A model generated the notes under the pieces. The model saw nothing but the letters and a program-made list of their open reading frames with translations, was not told the DNA's origin and ran no database searches. The position numbers were made by a program, and so were the translations under genes. A DNA stretch of 62,687 nt, counting the filler. It is 5 parts of 5 records of this genome, joined end to end, with 100 filler letters (N's around TTAATTAATTAA, not from the genome) between each part and the next. Parts side by side here need not be neighbours in the genome. Positions count along the whole stretch, not along the records: positions 50,446 to 56,075 come from DRR378314_1014; positions 56,176 to 62,687 come from DRR378314_1017; 3 more parts are not named here. One strand, written 5' to 3'. Position 1 is the first letter of the stretch. Each line of letters begins with the position of its first letter. Below are positions 51,175-62,687 of the stretch, one piece after another.

Positions 51175-54100
51175 TCAGGTTAACAGCACCTCGTCCAGGT
51201 TGCTCCGAATTCGGGAAACCGTCTCTGCGTCGCGCTGCGCGGCGTCGAGCTCCGCCTCCGCCTCTGCCAGCGCGTGCTGGAGCTCCCGCGCGTGTCGCTC
51301 CGCGTCAGCGAGCGAGCGCCCGGCCGCGCTCTCAAAGTTCTGCAGCTGTTCAGCATCGCCAGCGGATATGATCATCCAGCAGAAGACGCAACGTCCAAGA
51401 GTGACACATTGGCGAAACATAGTAAGATCGGCGCAGCGGTGATACGGAACGTTTCCAATCCACTTGGGCAAACGCCCTGCGCGCGCAGCTCGGGAGCCGC
51501 AAAACCTCTTCAAGAAAAAACCACATCTACTGGGTAACGAATGCGTCGCGTGGCACGGAGCACATAAATCGCAGCCTGCAGGAGCTACTGACGCACGCCC
51601 ATATGCGCACGAGATTCCGGAATATCAATAGAATACGGTGCGCTTTGGTACCGGGTGTCGTCAGCAGCCCCCCCCCCAACAAAAATAATAATAAAGAAAC
51701 ATACCGTTCGTCGCTGCTCTGCCACGACGTCCAGCGATCCGCAGATGAACGACCAGTCCGTCACTTTCACCGTGTGTGATATCTCCCGCGCGCGTTCGGC
51801 ACACCCGAGGCGGGACCGTGCCACCTCGACAATCTGCACACGCACACCAATCGTTCATGCAGGGTATCCCGCCTCGCCATCATCAGCTGTTTCGCGTTTC
51901 CGCCCTCTCCATTGCATCTAATTCGCAGCCCGAGCAGGCGCTACACCCCAACGATCTAGGGATCCCCCGACACGCGCGCAGCGCGGACAGGAGGCCGCCC
52001 TACCCGCCCACGCCAGCGCCAGGCTCACAGCAGAAACCGATAGCAGAGGCGCACTGCAATCCTACGAGTGGTCGTTCTTTCCTTCATAGCACTGCACGGC
52101 GTATTGGTGTATAAATAATGGTCTCCAGTGATTCGCTGCTCATTGCCAGGCGATGACGCTGCACAGGAGCCGCGAAAGCTGGAAGCCGTCGTCCGAGGGG
52201 CGACCGGCTCTATGGCAGAAACTCGCTAGCAGCGCCCGGAACTGCCTGTAAAGAAGCAGCCGCCAGAGCTACCCGACGGACAACTTTGAGCAACGCTGCG
52301 CGTAGCAGATGACAGAAAAAGGTATGCATACACCAGAAACCGAGCGCAAACCCCTCGCCGCACAGGAGAAAGATGGCTAAACGAGACATGACCCCGAGCC
52401 GAACACAACGCGAGAACACCCCCACCAAGATACCCCTTCAGAAAAATGTCAGCACAGCAAACCTCGCCCACAGGTCCTGCAAGTGATCGCACCGTCAGTA
52501 ATCCGCCCAGGAATTTTTCAGAATCCACACTGTGATCTCGAAGCTTTCGCGAGACTTGGCGAAGAACCTCGACACTGTACATCGCGTCCTTTTCGGTCAC
52601 AGCTGCAAACGAGCGAACCCAAAGATGGCGGAAAACGGTACTCGCGCTTTGGAAAAGGAACGGCTCGCGCTGCCCGCTGAGAACACGAACCAATCGAAAC
52701 GCATCCACTGTGCGAGCTCGATGTCCTGAGCGACGCAACACAAACTGCACTGCCCTCTGCACGCCTGATCGAAGTGTCAGCGACCACCTTCGCACGCTAT
52801 TATCCAACGGCGAAGCGAAGCAGCCTACTCGGGCGCCGTCCGCTTCGACTGCCACAAACCAAGGGCTGCACAGCAAACGCGAGGCGCTACGCGACATTGC
52901 CCTTCATTCCACTTTCTCTGTTCCTACGCTTCCAACAGACGCGCTGGGTACTCCAAGGGGATACTGTTTCTGATCAATTCCACCACTTCGTTACCTGGCA
53001 CATCGCAATGCAATGACAAATTTATCCCCCACTCCTGCGCGAAATGCGCCCACAGCCTCGGGCGCACACCGAGAGTTAAAAACGAGGGATGCCTTTGCAC
53101 ACCATGAGTAAGCGTCTGCCCTCATCGCAATGCACAAAAATGCACGGCAGGGCCGTATCTACGGACAGACACCTAGTACTATTGTTGCTACAGATGCAAT
53201 CCCGCACACGTACCATCCAGCGATGGGAGTGTGAGGACACTTTCGGCCAGCGGGCGAAGGCGGGCACTGGCCATCGACTCGCCAAGACGGATACTGTCGC
53301 GCGCGCGGGGACCCTCACACCACAGGGGCGACTGCGCCCAGCAAGCGCAACAGCAAGATGTATCGAATGAGCCATTTCGGTGCAGAATCTGTAATCAATA
53401 TGGAGAGGTCTGCTGTGGTACGCAAAAGCAAAGGTAACACCCGCCCGATACGAGACCAACAGCTCTTCCATCACCTGTCCTGCTGGGCACCAGGCGGAGG
53501 AGGAGCAAGCTGAGGCAAAAGACTAACCCGAAGTCTCCCACAATGCACTGCTAGTCGACCTAAGTTAGCATCTTAGAAGGCTCTTCGACAGGGCAATCAG
53601 AACTATCATGCGTGCTATCATCGATTTGCACTATGGTAAGCCAACGAACCGACGTAAGCTCTTCCAGCTCTTCGCATATTTGCAGGACTTGTCGCTCGGC
53701 AGCAACCAACGTTTGCTCGACGCCTTCCAGCTCCTGTGGTTCGCACGCACGTAGCGCCAGGTCGTCAGCGCACAAGCATTCACATACCATCGGATGCCCT
53801 ATTCCACTCATCAGCAATACACACTGATGAAATCAACAAGTATATAAAACCTGGCGATAGAGAATGAAAACTTCTCGCCATGAGGGAGCGACAGAAAAAG
53901 ACAAGGAGACGCGCGCCAGCTTTGGGCGAACGCCATGGCCATTCACATTTCTCCAGGAGTCACATTTATGGCAGAAAGAATGTAGCCAATCCCGTTCTCC
54001 ATACTATGCCAAGGAAACGAAATCCAAATCAAAGGATACGGCTGTGGAAATAAAAAATGGTGACGAAACTTCCCCGAAAAAAAAGAGGCTCGGCGGGCGC

Positions 54101-55562
54101 GTACCTCGAGCTCCGCGAGATGCTGAAGCGCCTGGTCGCACGGCCGTCGGAGCGCGCTCTTGACATGCTCCAAATGGCGCAAGAGCGCCGCATGCTGCAG
54201 TGCATACAAAGGCCCCAAAGAGGCCAACTGCAGTTCCATCAGATGAAACGGATCAAGTACATTGTTTCGACAAAACAGATTGTGGCGGAAAAATAATGAA
54301 ATATCGCTTCCAGTATAGCCAGGCGCGTTGTGGGCAGCAAAAGGACGAAACGCACCAGGCGCATTGCGTCCTCCAAACGCTCGAGATAAGCGCATCCAAA
54401 CGAAATATGCTGCGAAGCTCCCCGAATCAAATCAATAAGGTCAATCATTCCACTGAAGCGCGATGATACACTTGCAAGAGTCTCAATGTGGTCCTGAAGC
54501 TGGGAGAACTGGTGACCCGAATCAGCACGTTGAGGATAAACGGTACGCAAACGCGAAAAGGTCAGCCGGCGAGACCCCAGTTTCCACGGCCACGCTCGGC
54601 GAAAGACGCCAAACGGAAGTGGCCCCAAAAGGAATCGATCCACGCGTACTGCATGCAACGATAGTTACGCAAATCTTACTGCATCGACATGCGTAATAGG
54701 CACTAGGTTAAAACTAGACGCGAAACGAGCTGGAGTAATCCAAAGGGAAAAATAATAACACATTGCGCAGGACTGGCGGCGTTCGCGATGCACAAAGGCG
54801 CGCGCCGAGCCCAACACACGAGCACGCAGCGAACGCCTTCAGAGAGCCAGTCCGTGAGCCCTGAGCACAAGAACCCGTTTCCCCTTTCTTACCGATTCAG
54901 ATAGCGATTTCCTAAGTGTCTCCATAGACGAAAAGCATGGGCATCGCGGGATGAGCTCGGCGGGCCTCGTTGCCCACGATCGAACCCGTTGCAACGTGCG
55001 CTGTAGCGCAACGCGGTCGCTGTCCCGCGCAACTGGGGCGGTGGGGAGCGCGTCCTCGCACTGTCATCGCGAACCCACGCAAAGCACGCCAGCAGATTAC
55101 CGAAAGTGAAGCACAAATAAAGTATTACAGAGTAAAAATTTCGCCTCACTAACAGTGATGTGGTGCATACGTGGGGCAGGAGCGCACGCGCGCGCTCGGA
55201 GGGACGTGAGCGCGCTGCAGCAAGAAACCGCGACGAAAGCGTGCTTTCCGCACTGTGCCCAACACGCAGTCCGTGGCGCGGAAACCAGCCCAAGCGAGAA
55301 ACACCTGATGCAGCCATACCATACACGAAAGCTCGCAAGATTTTTTCATAACTAGTAGCTTAGAAATCCTTTGCCAATGTTGCTGTCTTTGCGACCAAAA
55401 TCGGGCGCTTACCTTGCTGGAAAGATCATCCACAGCCGCAAGTTTGTCAAGACACTGCGCCAGAGGTGCAACCACCGGCTGCAAAGCAACGGCACGCTGG
55501 CGGGCAAGCAGCGTCTCAAAGACGTCTGCAATGGAAGCGATCGGAATTGTGTCGCTCATCGT
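51175..55562 (-). CDS. Multi-exon eukaryotic gene or genes for an unidentified helical/coiled-coil protein; boundaries approximate
   Basis: AG/GT-bounded phase-0 exons, e.g. 55562-55413 (TMSDTIP..DDLSSK|GTAAGC), FSQLQDHI..EDAMRL|GTGCGT, LASLGPL..HLAELE|GTACGC, ELEGVEQ..EELTS|GTTCGT, plus a coiled-coil terminal segment ending at TGA 51175. Confidence 0.5.
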
Positions 55563-56075
55563 CTGTGAATATGAATATAATCATCCGAAAGACACGATAG
55601 GGCACACAAAGATCGGCCGTAGGCGCACGTGAGCCACGTAAGGCTGTGCAGCTCTTTCGGACGGAGAAGCGCACGTTAATACGGCCAGCTCTACAGGAGC
55701 TCCGCAAAGACTTGAATTCGGGGCTTTCTCGGTCGAATTGGCCGTCACCCCGAGGATAACCCGATACAGTTTATTATTCGGGAAATCCTTTGGTGCCCTC
55801 AACTCCCAAAGCCACAAGACCTTGTCGCGCACTCCCCAAGGGCGCGCCAGCTTTTCCCTGCGCTCACCTGCTGCTCCTGCGTACCCACGAACCTTGGGGG
55901 AACGCTGTAAACGCGGTGTGCAGATCGCTTATCTGGATTGCATACAATCTTGTAAGAAAGCTTGATTGGGAAAGCGATTTCCTTTACCAACGCACCGCCG
56001 CCCTGGCTTGGGCACAACATCGACTTGGCGTTTCAAGATGAGCAGCGAGAAGACAGCGGCCGACCTTGGCAAGCC

Positions 56076-56175
56076 NNNNNNNNNNNNNNNNNNNNNNNNN
56101 NNNNNNNNNNNNNNNNNNNTTAATTAATTAANNNNNNNNNNNNNNNNNNNNNNNNNNNNNNNNNNNNNNNNNNNN
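56076..56175. other. Artificial contig spacer
   Basis: Same 100-nt spacer. Confidence 0.98.
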
Positions 56176-58660
<2,485 letters not shown>

Positions 58661-61600
58661 CTGCAAGGAAGGCGCCCAGAAGCACGGCAGTACATGAACG
58701 GCTGGGAAAGTGTTACGAGCAGCACCCGCTGCAAACACTTGCGCTGGATGAGTTCAGCGGCATGTGCCAGCAGCGGCTCACAACAGACGGCATCTATGCA
58801 ATCCTAACAATACTGTACGTGTTCGCACGTGCGCACTGCTGTTCCCTCTGGGTTGCGCTTTCGTGCGAACCCTTGCTCGCAATGTGCGCTGGTTCAGTGC
58901 AGGATTGGTGCGACACGGCGACGGGAAACCGGTAGGCGCACACCTCGATTCGCGCACCGCAGCAATACGCGGCAGAATCTGAGCCGATACGGATTTTTTT
59001 TGTTTGATTTTGTCTATTTTCATTTCACGGATGGCTTACCACCGCCATTGCATGGTGGGTGCTAGGATTCGCGCGTGCAACAGTAAAGCTGGGGTAGACG
59101 TTGTCTATTGCAGTGCGGGGCTGCCGTTCCTCGCCAGGCGTTCGTTGCGCAAGACTTGCACGTGAGCTCGGAGCTTTGCCATGGCTCAGCGCAACGCGCA
59201 CAGCAGCAATAGAGCATCCAATGGAACGAACTACAATGGCGCCATTGTCCGCACGGCTACAATTCGCAAAAAAAAAGTCTTGAAGATTGTGCAAAGAGAC
59301 AAATAAATTTTTCGCTGCACATGCCGGCTAAAATACAAACGCCGTATTGCAGGACAAACATACATATGCAAGTTGCGAGTGCGCTGTCCGAGGAGCATGC
59401 GTGTGCTGCACCGCGCTCTCACTACCAGCAGCTCCCTTCGCGCACACCATCGCGGGTCACAACGCGCCGTGCAGCAGCGTTGAAAAGGCTTTCCTATGGT
59501 ATCAATGCTGATGGCAGTATATCCTGAGTTCTTTTGCAGACATACCTGAAGCCGTACGAACGCTAGTGTCGTAAATTCTGTGATAGCAACTGAGAGAGGG
59601 GCAAGGCCGTAAGGAAGGTGGATGAGAACCGCGTGACCTGCACGCAGCTCCTCGTCACGTTTCGCTGCCGCAGAGCTGGAGCGCGTGCGCTCCACGCCGT
59701 CGTGTCGCAGGACGCCAAAGCGAGGCAGCTGTCCGAAGCGCCTCCGAAAGATAACGCTAGAAGTGGCAAATATAGAGTTTTCCTGCACGCGTGCAAGCGC
59801 AGCGGCATCTCCGCGCGGCTTCTTTGGCGCGCCGCCAGCAACGCTGGCTTGCAGGTCAGCAACGCTGCCTTCGCCCAGTGCCGACAGAGCAGCGTGCAAG
59901 TTTGGGACCGCCGACATTCTCCACTGCAGGCGCGCCGCGCGCGCACGCGGACGAAGCAGTCTCCACGCCTACAACGTAGGCTTGTACGTACGCACTTCTT
60001 GCGCGGCAACGCGACAATCAAGGGCGCCGACGCAGTCGATATTGCTCGTCCGTGCCCGTTCCCAACGAAACACTGCGGTGCTTACAGTGTGCACGCAGGG
60101 AAGCTGTCCCACGCCTCCCGATCAATTACAGGGATCGCGGGGTGCGCAGCGTTTGCGTGTTGCTTCCTTCACCTGTGTAGATTCGCTAGCGCTTTCGACG
60201 CGCAAACGCTCGCAATAAGCGCTGCGAGGTCCTCTTGTACGCACACAATGTAGTGCCGCAGCGCAATTTCTCGATCCTACAGTCCTGTAAGGCGCTGTAA
60301 CGGCCGGGATGATCGACTGAAGAGGGGAAGCTGGGGTATGCACGAACAGGTTGCAGAAGGCGATACGTCTGCAAACTTGCACAGCGGAGGCGCCGCGACG
60401 ACGAAAATAGGCTGCGGCTCCGTGCGGTAGGGTCTGCGTCAAGACCTACAAGCGCTCTTTTACCGTAAAGGAGCGCGGACGGCGACTGCAGATCGGGTGT
60501 TGTCAGGCACGGTTTGGGGAGCAAGGTCTCCACTCGGTGTGTCCCTGGCCATGCTGCTCGCCGCGCGCCTCGCCGGCGACTGCGCAGAGCTGGTTTTCGC
60601 CGGTCACTCTCGCACCGCAGACGCTTGCAGCGCCAGGCCACGTTCTCTCACCTTGTGACTGCAGAGCAGCGTCAAAGACATTCGCTTACCATCTTCTGAT
60701 AATGTACGTGGTGTGAAATCGTCTGTCGTACGCACACGTAGGGTGTGGGGCCGACAGGAAGCGCTTGGTTGCGGAGTGCTTGCCAGGCGCCGGCGCGCGC
60801 TGCTGCTGGCGGCGGACGCGTCCCGGCTGTCCGTTGCGGAGAAGGGTCGCGCGCGACAGGGAACAGGCGCTGTGCGGCCACAGCAGTGCTCCTACGGCCC
60901 GGCCGAGTTTTGAGTAGGAAGGGCGATATTCCGCTGTACGACGTTGTGTACATATCTGAAAGGTATTACAATCAGACGGTTTGCTTCGCATGCTAAGGGT
61001 GTTGGTAAGGGGCTGGTAATCACTGCTCTGTTGGCACGTTGGTGCGGTCCGGTGAACGCCAGCCTGCGCGTGCCCGTGGTTTCGGCGCCTGGTGCTGGCG
61101 CGCGCAGTGGGTGCGCCGTGGGACACTGCTGCTTATAATTCGCCGGAGCTTCCAGTACCAGGCAGCCGTGCGCCCAAGCTGCGTGATACCGTGACAGACT
61201 CACAATGTTAATAACCTTGTGAGGGTAGAGGGTGCGTGTTCCCGCATGTACGCCACATGCACGTCTTGCGCGAGAACAGCGGCGGTTCCCAGCTGGCAGC
61301 TGCCTCGCGTCGAGCGCGCGTGCTCAAAATTGTGCGGCGTGCGCTGCAGCGCTTCCGTACTCGCTCTCTGGTCCTGTCTTGAAGACGTATCATGGTTGAT
61401 TTCCACCCCGTCGCGGCCAGCAAGGGCATTTATATCCTCGCGCACTTTCGGAGAAGAGTGGGAAAGAAAAAAGTATCAGATTCTCACAAGTAGCACATCC
61501 TTTTTTTTGCCGCTATCTTTGAACTTGGTGTCTGGGCTGGATGCTCGCACTTGTTCGGCGAAGCTGCGCGTGCGTTTGCATTCACGGCGCACTCTGTTGC

Positions 61601-61961
61601 TCGTGTAGTATGTGGCACTTCGCTGTTCGATAGTTTCTCTTTCATTGTACGCTCGAAACGCGCGCAGCACCCTTCCGCATAAGCGATGGAAGCGTTTATA
61701 TCAAATATACACGAGAGCGTTTCTCGTTTCTCGTTTCTCGTTTCATTTACTGATCGAACGATTTCTTGTTGAAGACATTGCTCAGCACAGGGAGAACACC
61801 GTGCTGCACAAACTTTTCCGGTGTGCTTGTGCTGTGTCCGGCTGTGTATATGCTTTCTCAATGCTGCGCTCGCTGCTCATGCTGTCCGTGGCGAATCTTT
61901 GTTTTATTGAACCTACAAATTGTTATTCGTGCAGCTTGTCACAACGTTTCTGGACTGAAAT

Positions 61962-62396
61962 ATGGCTGGAAAGAAGTTGAAGAAGGCTGACTCTGCACGT
62001 GCGTGTTTGATGTCTTGCTGCGCAACTTGCGCCGTGAGTTTGCTAGTTGAACCCCAACTTACTTGCGTGGCCGCGGAGCACTCTCACTGCTACCGGCACG
62101 CTGGATCGAATGCGACTCGGCACATTCGTTCCGCTGCATGATGGACTCGGGAAAAGCAGACGGATAGACCTCTTCAGATGTTCATATGCTCTTGTGTGCA
62201 TGCGCAGCCGCCGCGGGATCTGCCGGATAGCCAGTCGCGCTTCCAAGTCTGGAGCCTAAGACTGCCTGCTCTGCACCTCTGCGTTACTGCGCATATTTCC
62301 GTATTTCCCCTCCTTACAGTCCGTATTCAGGCAGCGTTTCGGGGCAAGAAAGCTCGCGATGAGTACGAAAAACGTCTCGTTGAGAAAATTCTCAGG
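61962..62396 (+). CDS. IQ-motif protein, first two coding exons 61962-61998 and 62320-62396 (continues past the window)
   Basis: Phase-1 intron GTGCGT..TTACAG joins MAGKKLKKADSALRIQAAFRGKKARDEYEKRLVEKILR, containing IQxxFRGxxxR; next donor GTACGG. Confidence 0.65.
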
Positions 62397-62687
62397 GTAC
62401 GGCTGGTCCCAGGCTGTGTAGTGCTGTTTTCACGGATCCTCGGTGCGGCTGCGGTGGCTCCTGCAAAGAGTTCCTTCCCCCTTTGTGCCAATGGTGCAAT
62501 TGGCGGCGTAATTAGCTCAGGATTTTTTTTTGTGGGAAGACGTTAGGATGGTTGAGTAGGCAGATCTGAATTATGAAATATTGTACAGTGTATCCCAACG
62601 ATATGCGTACTCACGCCTGAAGCAAATGCAGTACTGCACTTTGTGGCGCCGTCGGAGTCCGCTCAGTGTGTGTTTTTTTTTTTTTTT

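Noticed and set aside
19191..56175. Recurrent TTAATTAATTAA as a biological repeat or recombination site
   Set aside because: It is always centred in exactly 44+44 N, so it is a synthetic six-frame-stop spacer.

Overview
The window is not one contiguous locus. Five contigs are joined by four identical artificial 100-nt spacers (44 N + TTAATTAATTAA + 44 N) at 19191, 44307, 50346 and 56076. Contig 1 (1-19190) is conserved gammaproteobacterial core genome, probably Halomonadaceae (inferred from protein sequences and gene order): relA (partial)-rlmD-cysM / gacS(barA) / acpS-pdxJ-recO-era-rnc-lepB-lepA-mucD-rseC-rseB-rseA-rpoE / DAHP synthase. It ends in a probable IS3-family terminus. Contig 2 (19291-44306) is an accessory region of similar bacterial character. 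It holds a MocR-DUF1127-PhzF module, GST/TetR/LysE/Lrp genes, two AT-rich islets (a YdcF-like gene; a NUDIX+HAD pair sitting in an apparent photolyase remnant), a nitrogen-catabolic cluster and gabTD with a MocR regulator. The catabolic cluster pairs a RutR-like TetR, mmsA and a beta-alanine:pyruvate transaminase with a divergent unit of small membrane protein, SSS symporter, GntR, M20 N-carbamoylase and amidase. Contigs 3-5 (44407-62687) are from an intron-rich, GC-rich eukaryote. Spliced genes could be reconstructed by hand for BLOC-1 subunit 2, GTP cyclohydrolase I and an IQ-motif protein; other genes there are unidentified. The best candidate for an undescribed system is the transporter-carbamoylase-amidase unit coupled to beta-alanine catabolism, whose substrate is unknown. 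No CRISPR array, rRNA or tRNA was seen.
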